Assembly: GCA_964418865.1 (NCBI GenBank)
Contig: CAYQNT010000004.1
Coordinates: 4,677 to 59,326 of the forward strand
From: an uncultured Rikenella sp.
GTDB taxonomy: Bacteria; Bacteroidota; Bacteroidia; Bacteroidales; VadinHA17
Direction: 5' to 3'
Length of the DNA: 54,650 nucleotides
A program made the position numbers and the translations under genes. Below are positions 24,630-34,882 of the stretch, in pieces (the first letter of the stretch is position 1; the number at the start of each line of letters is the position of its first letter). The notes beneath the pieces are model-generated. The model was given only the letters and a program-made list of their open reading frames with translations, was not told the DNA's origin and ran no database searches.

Positions 24630-27061
24630 TACATTGTTACTTTGATATTATGCTCAGTTCCTTCGGGGAAGACCGGCAGAACGCACGAATCTGCCTTTTT
24701 CCCGTCAACCAATATTTCCCATACACCCTTGGATCTATGTTCGGGATTCACGATCTCAATGTTGTAGACTGCTCCTCTGAAAAGTCGTCTGAAGGTAAAG
24801 CCACTCCATTCAGGCGGAATACATGGATCAATCACCAGTCCGTCATAATCGGGACGTATCCCTAGAATATATTGTGTGACCGAATAGAGGCACCATGCTG
24901 CTGTGCCTGTCAGCCAGCTGTTTTTTGCCTCACCCGGCAGGAACGCGTCCTTGCCTGCTATCATCTGGGAATATACATATGGCTCTGTCTTGTGCAGGTC
25001 ACTTATCTCCTCAAGGTATGATGGAGTGATGCGGCTGTAGTAATCAAACGCCCGGTGACCATTGCCTGTCATCGTCTCAGAGATGATGATCCACGGATTG
25101 TTATGGCAAAAGACACCGGCGTTCTCTTTATAACCCTCAGGGTAGCTGGAGATCTCTCCCAGATGCAGGTGGTACTCTGTAAAGGGCGGGTTATTAAGTA
25201 CTATACCGTGTTCGCAGGCCAGGTATTTATTGACTGAGGTAAGTGCTTTCAGCGCCCTTCCGTCATCAAGACCTATCCCTGCCATTACGCACATACCCTG
25301 TGACTCTATAAAGATCTTACCCTCCTTATTCTCTTTGCTGCCTACCTTTCTTCCGTAGAAGTCATAGGCGCGCAGAAACCAGTCGCCATCCCAGCCGTGT
25401 TCATCAATGGCCCTGGCCATACTGTCAATATGCTTCTGTGCCTCATCAGCCTTCTTCTGTTCGCCTCTCCTGCGGGCGATGGTAACAAAGTCAGCGCCAT
25501 AGAGCACTAACATGGCTGCAATGAATACCGATTCGGCCTGACCTCCCTTTTGGTTCTCCGTTGTCTGGAAGCTCTCATCAGGATTGGTGGAGAAGCAGTT
25601 AAGGTTGAGGCAGTCATTCCAGTCGGCACGCCCTATCAGAGGCAGGCCGTGGGGTCCGAGATGGCTGACCACATACCGGAATGATCTGTTTAGGTGTTCA
25701 AACATGCTTGCGGCGTTATCAGGGTCATTGTCGAAAGGCACTATCTCATCAAGGATAGACCAGTCGCCTGTCTCCTTCAGGTAGGTTGCTACGCCGAAGA
25801 TGAGCCACAGCGGGTCATCGTTGAAGTTACCGCCTATCTCTGCATTGCCTCGTTTTGTCAGCGGCTGGTACTGATGGTAAGCGCTGCCGTCATCAAACTG
25901 GGTAGAGGCAATGTCAATGATTCTCTCACGGGCCTGCGGGGCTATCATCTGAACGTACCCTGCAAGATCCTGGTTGGAGTCGCGGAAGCCCATGCCCCTT
26001 CCTATCCCTGATTCAAAATAGGAGGCGCTGCGTGACATGTTGTATGTCACCATGCACTGATAGGGGTTCCAGATATTGACCATGCGTGAGAGGCGAGGGT
26101 CCGGATGGTCAAGTGTGATGACCGACAGCTGTCTGTTCCAGTACTCCCTCAGCTTACCTAATGCCTCATCCACCTTTTCGTTGGTGTCATACCTCCCGAT
26201 CATAGTCCGGGCTCTCTCTTTGTTTATCACCTTAGGGGCAATGAACTTCTCGTTGTCAGGGTTTTCTATGTAACCGAGGACGAAGGTGAAGTTTTTCTCT
26301 TCTCCCGGATCAAGATACACGTCAATACAATGAGACGCCACCGGTGACCAGCCGTGTGCAATACTGTTGCGAGGCGTGGCCGAGAAGACCGTATCAGGGT
26401 GATCAAAGCCGTTGTACATGCCCAAAAATGCCTCGCGGTCGGTGTCGAACCCTGCCACTGGGTTGTTGACAGAGTAGAAGGCATAGTGGTTTCGGCGTTC
26501 ACGATACTCTGTCTTGTGGTAGATAACACTATCTTCTACCTCTACCTCTCCCGTGGAGAAGTTACGCTGGAAGTTGGTCATATCATCAAGAGCATTCCAG
26601 AGACACCATTCGACAAATGAGAAAAGCCGTACTCTCTTTGGAAGGGTCCCTTTGTTGCGCAGGGTTACACGCTGTACCTCACAAGTGTCTCCCACAGGCA
26701 CAAAGTAAATTACCTCGGCCTGTAAAGCTTCCCTTTCCGCGCTGATGGCAGTATAACCCAGACCATGGCGGCACGAGTAATTTTCAACCTCGGTTTTTAC
26801 GGGTTTCCAGCCGGGTGACCACACAGAGCCGTTGTCATTGATATAAAAATATTTACCTCCGTCATCAAGTGGTACATTGTTGTACCTGTATCTTGTTATT
26901 CTGCGCAGCCGGGCGTCACGAAAGAAGCTGTATCCACCTGCCGTGTTAGATATGATTGAGAAAAAATCACGATTGCCAAGATAATTTATCCAGGGATAAG
27001 GAGTGTTATACCGGGTAATGACATACTCCTTTGCTTTGTCATCAAAGTGTCCGAATTTCAT
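24629..27061 (-). CDS. GH94 cellobiose (cellodextrin) phosphorylase
   Basis: 810 aa. [30 protein letters not shown]...[10 protein letters not shown]...[15 protein letters not shown] is colinear with characterised cellobiose phosphorylases such as the Cellvibrio gilvus enzyme. No signal peptide. Confidence 0.9.
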   Translation of the reverse strand: MKFGHFDDKAKEYVITRYNTPYPWINYLGNRDFFSIISNTAGGYSFFRDARLRRITRYRYNNVPLDDGGKYFYINDNGSVWSPGWKPVKTEVENYSCRHGLGYTAISAEREALQAEVIYFVPVGDTCEVQRVTLRNKGTLPKRVRLFSFVEWCLWNALDDMTNFQRNFSTGEVEVEDSVIYHKTEYRERRNHYAFYSVNNPVAGFDTDREAFLGMYNGFDHPDTVFSATPRNSIAHGWSPVASHCIDVYLDPGEEKNFTFVLGYIENPDNEKFIAPKVINKERARTMIGRYDTNEKVDEALGKLREYWNRQLSVITLDHPDPRLSRMVNIWNPYQCMVTYNMSRSASYFESGIGRGMGFRDSNQDLAGYVQMIAPQARERIIDIASTQFDDGSAYHQYQPLTKRGNAEIGGNFNDDPLWLIFGVATYLKETGDWSILDEIVPFDNDPDNAASMFEHLNRSFRYVVSHLGPHGLPLIGRADWNDCLNLNCFSTNPDESFQTTENQKGGQAESVFIAAMLVLYGADFVTIARRRGEQKKADEAQKHIDSMARAIDEHGWDGDWFLRAYDFYGRKVGSKENKEGKIFIESQGMCVMAGIGLDDGRALKALTSVNKYLACEHGIVLNNPPFTEYHLHLGEISSYPEGYKENAGVFCHNNPWIIISETMTGNGHRAFDYYSRITPSYLEEISDLHKTEPYVYSQMIAGKDAFLPGEAKNSWLTGTAAWCLYSVTQYILGIRPDYDGLVIDPCIPPEWSGFTFRRLFRGAVYNIEIVNPEHRSKGVWEILVDGKKADSCVLPVFPEGTEHNIKVTM

Positions 27062-27069
27062 GATCAGTG

Positions 27070-28944
27070 TTAGTCTTTTAGTTTATTCCACCAGGTAAAT
27101 TTCAAGATAACGGTAGTAATGATCATCACTGCCGTTGCAACATAGAACTGAGTCCATTCCCTCAGTACGAGGAACACAGGGAAGGCCATAAGCGATACCT
27201 GCCATACTATACCCACGGCGATGTTAAACATGTCTCTCCAGAAGTCCTTGTTGGTCTTAAATTCAGGATTGTCTGCCAGCACCATTTTCTCTACAGGTTT
27301 CCAGAAGCCCCAGGGGCGTACCTGCCTGTAGAATTTTTTAAGTGTCTCATCGTCCTCCTTTTTGGTAAGCAGTGATCCGAGAACACTGCCCATCAGGGAT
27401 ATTATGAATATAGCCGGGAATGCGTTCATGCTGAAGTTTTCAGTCAGCGGCCAGTTCTGTAGTATCTCCAGGTTAAGTGCAGGAAGAACAATGGCGGCAA
27501 TTACTCCCGAGAGCATGCCCCAGAAGTAGCCGTAGCCGTTGAACCGCCACCAGTACCATTTCAGGACGTTTGGGGCAGTGTAGCCACCCCACAGGGCTGC
27601 TGTGATCCACAGCACCACGTCATTGATTGACGTGACCAGAAAGCCCCCCACGATCCCTATCACCACAATAAGCAGTGAGGTTGCATAACTCATTTTGACA
27701 TAGGTCTTTTCGCTGGCGTTAGGATTAATATAGCGTTTGTATATGTCGTTGACGAGGTATGCGGGTGCAGCGTTCACCGTTGCTGCGAAGTTACTCATGA
27801 AGGCGGCTATCAGTCCGGCCAGAAGAAATCCGAGCAATCCTATTGGCACATATGCCGCCAGCACTTCCGGCAGGATACTCTCAAAGTCCGGGTTTGTGAG
27901 TGATCCGGTATATAGCTTGTCGAAGTTGACGAGGGCCAGGATGGTCAGGCCGGCAACCATGAAGTAACGGGTGGGGTTTAAGACAACACTTACCAGCGAG
28001 CTCATTTTTGATGCCTCCTTCGGGTTTTTGGTGGCAAGGATACGCTGCATATCATAGTTGGGCGCAGGGCCGGCAGCTGAAACAAGGAACCCTTTGAAAA
28101 GCATCATTATAAAGAAGAGTCCGAACAACTCATAACCGTCTGTCTTGATCCAGTCATTGAACGAATGTAGCTTTGGTGATGCGGCCGCGGAAATAGAGTG
28201 CCAGTCGAGCCCTGTTGTACGCCCGAACCAGAGGCTCTTCCACCCTTCAGGTATGACAGCGTTGAGCGCATCGGGAGATATTTGCCTGATGGCAATGATG
28301 CCCACGGCGATGGAAGCAACAGTTAAAATGCCATACTGGATCACCTCGGTGATGACAACACTGAACATCCCTCCCTTGACCACATAGAATGTTGTTATGG
28401 CCATCAGGATGAGAGCATAGAGGTTGACATTTATCTGAGGGTGTGCCATGAGAAGCGCGGGGTCGGATACCAGCGGGGGAAGGAAAGCAGCAACGAATTT
28501 GCCTATGCCCTTGAATCCGTATGAGAGGAATCCGATGACGCTGACGAGGGCAAAGATCACCACAATGACATGCGAGAGGTTAGATGCCCTGCCATCGCCG
28601 AAGCGTGTCTTTATCCATTCCGCACCGGTCATGACGTTTGAGCGCCTTAGCCAGGCTGAGAGGTAGACCATCAGGAAGATCTGGTTAAAGACAGGCCACA
28701 GCCACGGTATCCATAAGCTTTTCATACCGTATACTGACAGCCAGTAGACCAGGAGCATGGTGCCGGCTATGTCAAACATACCGGATGCGTTGGAGACACC
28801 CAGGAAATACCATGGCAGGCTGTTGCCCCCCAGGAAGTATGACTGGATGTTCTTCGATGCCCTTTTTGAGACCCAGTTGCCTATAAAGACGGTTGTCACC
28901 AGGTAGAGGATGACAATACCAAGGTCAATCAGATGCAATTTCAT
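27070..28944 (-). CDS. Sodium:solute symporter (SSS) family sugar transporter
   Basis: 624 aa with about 13-14 TM helices. SSS-like N-terminal pattern ([23 protein letters not shown]). Lies between the regulator and GH94. Confidence 0.8.
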   Translation of the reverse strand: MKLHLIDLGIVILYLVTTVFIGNWVSKRASKNIQSYFLGGNSLPWYFLGVSNASGMFDIAGTMLLVYWLSVYGMKSLWIPWLWPVFNQIFLMVYLSAWLRRSNVMTGAEWIKTRFGDGRASNLSHVIVVIFALVSVIGFLSYGFKGIGKFVAAFLPPLVSDPALLMAHPQINVNLYALILMAITTFYVVKGGMFSVVITEVIQYGILTVASIAVGIIAIRQISPDALNAVIPEGWKSLWFGRTTGLDWHSISAAASPKLHSFNDWIKTDGYELFGLFFIMMLFKGFLVSAAGPAPNYDMQRILATKNPKEASKMSSLVSVVLNPTRYFMVAGLTILALVNFDKLYTGSLTNPDFESILPEVLAAYVPIGLLGFLLAGLIAAFMSNFAATVNAAPAYLVNDIYKRYINPNASEKTYVKMSYATSLLIVVIGIVGGFLVTSINDVVLWITAALWGGYTAPNVLKWYWWRFNGYGYFWGMLSGVIAAIVLPALNLEILQNWPLTENFSMNAFPAIFIISLMGSVLGSLLTKKEDDETLKKFYRQVRPWGFWKPVEKMVLADNPEFKTNKDFWRDMFNIAVGIVWQVSLMAFPVFLVLREWTQFYVATAVMIITTVILKFTWWNKLKD

Positions 28945-28970
28945 GGCTAGGTTATAGTTAGATGAATTAT

Positions 28971-29717
28971 TCAGATAATGAATGAAATACGTCCTTTTCT
29001 TGTCTTCTCGTACACCTCACGGCTAAAGAGGTAGTACTGAGCAGGCTTATGTGCCACTCCCTGCTGTTTCTTCCTCAGAGGGATGACGTAGTGCATCTGA
29101 GCTACCTTCTTCCTGAAGTTCCTCTTGTCAAATGATTTTCCCAGAAGGGCCTCGTATAGCTTCTGAAGTTGTGACAGCGTGAAATAGTCAGGAAGGAGCT
29201 CAAAGGCAATGGGTTCGACTTTCACCTTGCGCTGCAGTGCTTCAAGGGCCTTGTAGAACAGGTACTTGTGGTCAAAGGCCATTTCCATCTCGCCGACCAT
29301 TGAGACCGGAAACCAGGAGACATTCCTGTCCTTGTGCGTGAGGGTTACCTTGGTATTGTCTATCAGGGCAAGATACCCTACAGTGATGATACGGTCAGCA
29401 AAACCCTTGTTGATATGATCGAGCCACATCTTGTCCCTGGGCGAGGAGACACGGTCGAGCTGACCGAAAGCTCCAAACTGTTCCAAAAAGATGTTGTCAA
29501 GTCCTGTCAGTCCCTTGAGTATCCTGCTGGCTGCACTGTCGAGGTCTTCATCTTCAAAGATGTGATAGCCTGTCAGTGTATGGTCCCTGATGAGAACCTC
29601 CCCGCTCTTTTCATCCTTTAGCTCCCTTTCGACGAGCAAAATATTCAGTTTCTCAAAGTCAAACCCGAATACTACGCAGTCGACCGATAGGTTGGGAACA
29701 ATCTTGTGTGCTATCAT
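28971..29717 (-). CDS. NrtR-family regulator: degenerate Nudix domain plus C-terminal winged helix
   Basis: Nudix fold with a degenerate Nudix box (SRILKGLTGL instead of REl.EEtGl). The C-terminal FTLSQLQKLYEALLGKSFDKRNFRKKV is the NrtR winged-helix signature. This is the family of Bacteroides AraR. Confidence 0.8.
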   Translation of the reverse strand: MIAHKIVPNLSVDCVVFGFDFEKLNILLVERELKDEKSGEVLIRDHTLTGYHIFEDEDLDSAASRILKGLTGLDNIFLEQFGAFGQLDRVSSPRDKMWLDHINKGFADRIITVGYLALIDNTKVTLTHKDRNVSWFPVSMVGEMEMAFDHKYLFYKALEALQRKVKVEPIAFELLPDYFTLSQLQKLYEALLGKSFDKRNFRKKVAQMHYVIPLRKKQQGVAHKPAQYYLFSREVYEKTRKGRISFII

Positions 29718-29768
29718 TTTATTATACCTGGCAAGTGATAAAATGACTTAGTGTACAATGTAGGAATT

Positions 29769-29776
29769 CAAAGGTA
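29769..29776 (-). promoter_or_regulatory. Candidate -7 box (TACCTTTG on the minus strand) for the regulator-symporter-GH94-GH9 operon
   Basis: Plus strand reads CAAAGGTA, 52 nt upstream of the ATG at 29717. Confidence 0.3.
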
Positions 29777-29953
29777 TTTTAAATAAATTGTATAATCAAC
29801 AGGTGCATAAAAAATATTTGTGTGAGATATGCCCGTCAGTGTAACATAAAAGTGGTTATCATTATATAATGTATAAACACGACTGATTAGAATTGAGTTT
29901 ATCAACTGCTGGCACCGGCCAGAAAGATATGCTGTTCAGGAGTATTTATTAAC

Positions 29954-29975
29954 ATTGTGTAGTTTGTACACCAAT
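29954..29975. promoter_or_regulatory. Imperfect 22-bp palindrome ATTGTGTA-gtttg-TACACCAAT; candidate operator
   Basis: Direct reading. 8-nt arms are complementary apart from one extra C. Lies 121 nt upstream of susC in the divergent control region next to the NrtR-like regulator. A related TGTACAATGTA palindrome sits at about 29753-29763. Confidence 0.25.
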
Positions 29976-30095
29976 AGGGGTTGATTTTGCTCTTATGTCA
30001 CCGGACTAATCAAATTATTACAATAAAGAGGCAAAATAGTATCAGTGTCACCCTATGCAGAAGGATTAACTTTAAAAACATAAAACTGTACAGCT

Positions 30096-33000
30096 ATGCA
30101 AAATAAACTCTTAAGACTATCTTTTCTTATTTGTCTGGCAGCTGTTATGTCATCCACAGTCCTTTATGCACAGCAGAGGAGTGTCACCGGAAGGGTTCTG
30201 GATGATAGAAATGCTGCCTTGCCCGGCGCCTCGATAGTGGTGAAGGGAACGACTATAGGAACTGCTTCGGATCTCAACGGGAATTTTTCTCTGAATGTAC
30301 CTTCTGGTGCTACCATCCTGGTTGTTTCCTTCATAGGGATGAACACACAGGAAGTGCCAGTCACAGAGGGTCCCATAACAATCACAATGTCAATGTCAGC
30401 TGAAGAGGTTGATGCTGTTGTGGTGATAGGTTATGGTACTATCAGGAGGTCGGAAGTGACATCTGCCATCGCCTCCGTCAAGGCGGAGGAGATACAGAAC
30501 CTTGTGTTTACCGGTGTTGACCAGGCCCTTCAGGGCAAGGTTGCCGGTTTACAGGTAATGAGCAACAGTGGACAGCCCGGTGGCGGCGTCTCTGTAAGGG
30601 TAAGGGGTATTACCTCTATAAACAGCAATGATCCGCTGATAGTTATTGACGGTGTTCCCTTTACTAATAACATGGTTGAGAATACCGGCTATGACGGCCT
30701 TGGCGGCTCTGATGGTCAGACGCAGAACAGCTTCCTGGCAACATTGAACCCCAATGACATTGAGTCTATTGACGTGCTGAAAGATGCCTCGGCACAGGCT
30801 ATCTACGGGTCACAGGCAGCAAACGGCGTACTCCTGATAACCACAAAAAAAGGAAAGGCCGGAGATGGCAAGATCACCTATGACTTTTCCTACGGGCTCC
30901 AGGATGTGACCAGGAAACTGGATGTGATGAACCTCCGCCAGTTTGCCGAATATCAGAACAGTGTGATAGGTGAGCTGGGAACGAGTTACACTCCTACTGA
31001 AGAGTTTGCTGATCCGTCACTCCTGGGTAAAGGGACTGACTGGCAGGATGCAATATTCAGGCAGGGATTCACCATGGATCACCAGCTTGGCATATCAGGC
31101 GGAAAGGATAATACAAACTATTATTTCTCCGCCGGATATTTTGACCAGAAGGGTATACTTATAGGATCTGACTTCAAACGCTACTCCACAAGGTTTAACC
31201 TTGACAGCCAGGTAAAGAGCTGGCTGAGAGCCGGCGTCAGTTCCAACATCACAAGGAGCATCCAGAATGTCACTCTTGCCGACGCAGCAGAGAGTACGAT
31301 ATGGTGGTCAACTCTGCAGAACCCCCTTATCCCGGTCAGGAACCTCGACGGAACATGGGCGGGTAACTACACTGTCGGCGGATACAGTTACACGGCTGAC
31401 AACCCGGTTGCCACAAGCAGCAGCAGGGGGAATAGGAGTACCAACAGCCAGATATTCGGAAATATCTATGCAGAAATAATCTTCCTGGAGGGGCTTTCGC
31501 TCAGAAACGAATTCTCTTACCAGCTGGGGTTACAGAACAATATTGCATTCCAGTATGAAGCCAACATTGGTACCCGGTCATTGCAGGCACAGCTTTATGA
31601 CAGCCGCAGCAATTCTTACTATTATGCTGTCAGGAATTATCTGAACTATGCAAAGACCCTCGGAAAGCATAAGCTCAACTTCACCGGCGGTCATGAGGCT
31701 CAGTATTCATACTGGGAAACCATGGGCGGCAAGAAGGTGGACCTCCAGAATAATATCCTTGATATGAATGCAGGAGGTACTGACAAGACAACCTGGGATC
31801 TTACCGGAGGCAAGGGTGACTGGGCAATGGAGTCATATTTTGTCAGAGGCAATTATACCTTTAATGATAGGTACTCGCTTTCTTTGAGCTACAGGGCTGA
31901 CGGATCAGCTAATTTCGGCCCCAACAACAAATGGGGGTTCTTCCCCGGTGCATCAGCAGGGTGGACGGTCACCAATGAGAAATTTGCCGCCAACTGGACA
32001 AATGTGATGAACTACATGAAGATCAGGATTGGTGCCGGATCAGTTGGTAACCAGAACCTGCCGGGCGGAGCGCCCAGTCCGCCGTACACTTCCAACGTTA
32101 ACTTCTGGCCGGGGCCGGTAGGTTTCGGACAGGTAGGTACGGCTTCGACGAACTTCATAGCCGGTATTGCCAACGCCGATCTTGGCTGGGAGTCTGTTAT
32201 CACCTACAACGGAGGTATTGACCTGGGCTTTCTTAACGGAAAAATAGACCTGACGGTTGATCTGTATAAAAAGGTCACTTCCAATATGCTGCTCTTCAGT
32301 ACCGGACCTTCTTTGCTCGGTATAGGCGATGCATGGAACGACCTGAAAGCTCCTATAGGCAATGTCGGACAGATGACCAACACAGGCATTGACGTGAGCC
32401 TGGTTACACGAAATATCTCGAAACCCAATTTCTCATGGAACACCTCAGTCGTTTTCTCGCATTACAAGAACGTGCTTGACAAGCTGATAAATGAGTCCTC
32501 TTCCATTGATGGTAAAATATACTATGACAATTACCTGATCAGCCATACGGTGCCGGGTTATTCAGTGGGCACCTTCTGGGGGCTCAAGACTAACGGCCTG
32601 TTCCGTACCGAGGCTGACCTCGCCAATTCCTACCCGCAGTTCGGATCAGCAGTGGCTGAAAACGAAACATGGCTTGGCGACGTAAGATTTGAAGATATGA
32701 GCGGAGACAAGATCATAGATTCGAAAGACCTTACCTTCATCGGGAGTCCGATTCCTGATTTCACCTTTGGCTTTACGAATAATTTCAGGTACAGGAACCT
32801 TGATCTCTCAATCTTCCTGCAGGGGAGTTATGGGGCTGAGATATACAACTTCATGAAATGGCAGCTTGAGAGAATGAATAACGTCTATTACAACCAGTCG
32901 ACTGCCGTCATGGACCGCTATACAGCCACCAACAAAAATGGTACACTGCCGAGGTTTACCAATACCAACACCAACAACACGGCTATGTCAGACCGCTATG

Positions 33001-33254
33001 TTGAAGACGGGTCATATATTCGTGTGCAGAACATTACCCTCGGTTACAGGCTGCCAAAGACACTGATCAACAAGTTAAAGATGAACAATCTCAGAGTGTA
33101 CGCTACGGTGCAGAATCTTTACACCTTCACAAAGTACTCAGGTTACGATCCTGAAGTAGGCTCATACAATAACAGTATAAGGCTTATGAACGTTGATGCA
33201 GGTCACTATCCCAACCCGCGCACCTTTTTGGGCGGTGTGAGTGTAGAGTTTTAA
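30096..33254 (+). CDS. susC: SusC/RagA-family TonB-linked outer-membrane glycan transporter
   Basis: 1052 aa. Signal peptide, CarboxypepD_reg domain (VTGRVLDDRNAALPGASIVVKGTTIGTASDLNGNFSL), plug (IESIDVLKDASAQAIYGSQAANGVLLITTKKG) and a C-terminal barrel ending in F. Followed by susD. Confidence 0.95.
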   Translation: MQNKLLRLSFLICLAAVMSSTVLYAQQRSVTGRVLDDRNAALPGASIVVKGTTIGTASDLNGNFSLNVPSGATILVVSFIGMNTQEVPVTEGPITITMSMSAEEVDAVVVIGYGTIRRSEVTSAIASVKAEEIQNLVFTGVDQALQGKVAGLQVMSNSGQPGGGVSVRVRGITSINSNDPLIVIDGVPFTNNMVENTGYDGLGGSDGQTQNSFLATLNPNDIESIDVLKDASAQAIYGSQAANGVLLITTKKGKAGDGKITYDFSYGLQDVTRKLDVMNLRQFAEYQNSVIGELGTSYTPTEEFADPSLLGKGTDWQDAIFRQGFTMDHQLGISGGKDNTNYYFSAGYFDQKGILIGSDFKRYSTRFNLDSQVKSWLRAGVSSNITRSIQNVTLADAAESTIWWSTLQNPLIPVRNLDGTWAGNYTVGGYSYTADNPVATSSSRGNRSTNSQIFGNIYAEIIFLEGLSLRNEFSYQLGLQNNIAFQYEANIGTRSLQAQLYDSRSNSYYYAVRNYLNYAKTLGKHKLNFTGGHEAQYSYWETMGGKKVDLQNNILDMNAGGTDKTTWDLTGGKGDWAMESYFVRGNYTFNDRYSLSLSYRADGSANFGPNNKWGFFPGASAGWTVTNEKFAANWTNVMNYMKIRIGAGSVGNQNLPGGAPSPPYTSNVNFWPGPVGFGQVGTASTNFIAGIANADLGWESVITYNGGIDLGFLNGKIDLTVDLYKKVTSNMLLFSTGPSLLGIGDAWNDLKAPIGNVGQMTNTGIDVSLVTRNISKPNFSWNTSVVFSHYKNVLDKLINESSSIDGKIYYDNYLISHTVPGYSVGTFWGLKTNGLFRTEADLANSYPQFGSAVAENETWLGDVRFEDMSGDKIIDSKDLTFIGSPIPDFTFGFTNNFRYRNLDLSIFLQGSYGAEIYNFMKWQLERMNNVYYNQSTAVMDRYTATNKNGTLPRFTNTNTNNTAMSDRYVEDGSYIRVQNITLGYRLPKTLINKLKMNNLRVYATVQNLYTFTKYSGYDPEVGSYNNSIRLMNVDAGHYPNPRTFLGGVSVEF

Positions 33255-33272
33255 TGACTTAAAATTATTATC

Positions 33273-34880
33273 ATGAAAAACAGATTTAAATATTTCATAG
33301 TAATCCTGGCAGCAACGCTTGCATCATGCAGTGAGTCGTTCATTGAGCGCCCGTCACTCTCGGGTCTCACCGTGAGCAACTATTACAATACTGCAGATGA
33401 GGTGAGGGCCGCTACAAGTACGATTTACTCAGGGCTCGCGTGGACAGGTTATGAATCCCGTGCTCTAGACTGCATAGGTGAGATTTTGTCAGGAAATGAG
33501 CACACATATAACGGTGATGACACTCCTTTCCAGCAGATGACAGTATCCGCCACCTCGGTGCGTCTCTCCGACTCATGGAAGTCATTCTATAAGGTGAACG
33601 GCTGGACCAGTGCCCTCATGGCTACCTTTGAACAGAAAAAGGCTGATGGCGGTGATGCTGCAATCCTCGATCCGGCAATAGCCGAATGTCATTTCCTGAG
33701 GGGAACCGTTTACTTCTATCTGGCCCGCATTTTCGGTCATGTCCCTATTGTTACCGATCCGGGTGCGATAGCCCTTACGGGTAATTTCAACATACCCCGC
33801 TACTACCAGGAAGATGTTCTCCGGTTTGCTCTTGAAGAGCTTCAGCTTGCTGAGGCAGGCCTGCCTGAGTTCGATGTGCCAGGCAGGGCTACTAAATTCT
33901 CTGCCAGGGGTATGATGGCAAAGCTCTATCTCTATCAAAAGGACTATGCCAATGCAAAACAGAAAGCCTGGGAGGTGATTGACTCAAAACAGTATGAGCT
34001 CTTCCCTGATTACCGTGCGATGTTTACCGCGAGTGCCAACAACAATAACATTGAGACACTATTTGCAGTCCAGCATCAGTGCACAATGAACCCATGGGGA
34101 TCAGGCAACCAGATGAATCCTGACCGCGGGCCGTCGAGCCTTCAGACAGATGAGTCAAGTATGTGGGAGCTTTTCAGGCCCTCCATTGATCTCAAGGCTG
34201 CTTATGAGCCCAATGACAAGAGGCGTGCCGGCTCCATGATGGAGCATGGCTGGACTATGCCTGCCTGGAAGCCGCAGAAGCTTCCTCAGGCTGACGGCTC
34301 CTTCTCACCTGACGATGCTGCCTATAATGAGTTTATGAAGAACGGATTCAGGTATGACACCATACAGGATCCCAAGCAGGGCGGTACTCTGAACGGAACT
34401 CGGTCGACTATTGTCAAGTATGTTGTTGGTCCGGGTTCAAAATATGGCGGCGAGCAGGTTCTTGGCATGAATACTGGCATCAACTTCATGATGCTGAGAT
34501 ACGCAGATATCCTCCTTATTTATGCCGAGTCAACATTGGGTACCAGTGCTTCAACAAGCGATGTAACGGCCCTGGAGGCGTTCAATGCAGTGCGTCTGCG
34601 CGCAGGACTGCCAATCAAGAGCGCTATCGGTATAGATGACATCATGAAGGAACGCCGTGTGGAGTTTGCCTTTGAAGGCGACTACTGGTTCGATATTACG
34701 CGCCAGGGATTCCAGAAGGCTAAGGAGATCATTGAAGCCCAGAACAGGGGAACTATTCCCGGGAATGCAGTGTATGTGACCAACTTCACAGAGAATAAAA
34801 TGTTTCTCCCCATTCCTGCATCGGAGGTGTTGCAGGATCCCAAGCTTGATGCTGAGCCGGAACACTATTTCACTAAATAG
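33273..34880 (+). CDS. susD: SusD/RagB-family glycan-binding lipoprotein
   Basis: Lipobox TLASC, a TPR-like SusD body (RAATSTIYSGLAW..., FLRGTVYFYLARIFG, RVEFAFEGDYWFDITR), 535 aa. Lies directly after susC. Confidence 0.95.
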   Translation: MKNRFKYFIVILAATLASCSESFIERPSLSGLTVSNYYNTADEVRAATSTIYSGLAWTGYESRALDCIGEILSGNEHTYNGDDTPFQQMTVSATSVRLSDSWKSFYKVNGWTSALMATFEQKKADGGDAAILDPAIAECHFLRGTVYFYLARIFGHVPIVTDPGAIALTGNFNIPRYYQEDVLRFALEELQLAEAGLPEFDVPGRATKFSARGMMAKLYLYQKDYANAKQKAWEVIDSKQYELFPDYRAMFTASANNNNIETLFAVQHQCTMNPWGSGNQMNPDRGPSSLQTDESSMWELFRPSIDLKAAYEPNDKRRAGSMMEHGWTMPAWKPQKLPQADGSFSPDDAAYNEFMKNGFRYDTIQDPKQGGTLNGTRSTIVKYVVGPGSKYGGEQVLGMNTGINFMMLRYADILLIYAESTLGTSASTSDVTALEAFNAVRLRAGLPIKSAIGIDDIMKERRVEFAFEGDYWFDITRQGFQKAKEIIEAQNRGTIPGNAVYVTNFTENKMFLPIPASEVLQDPKLDAEPEHYFTK

Positions 34881-34882
34881 CC

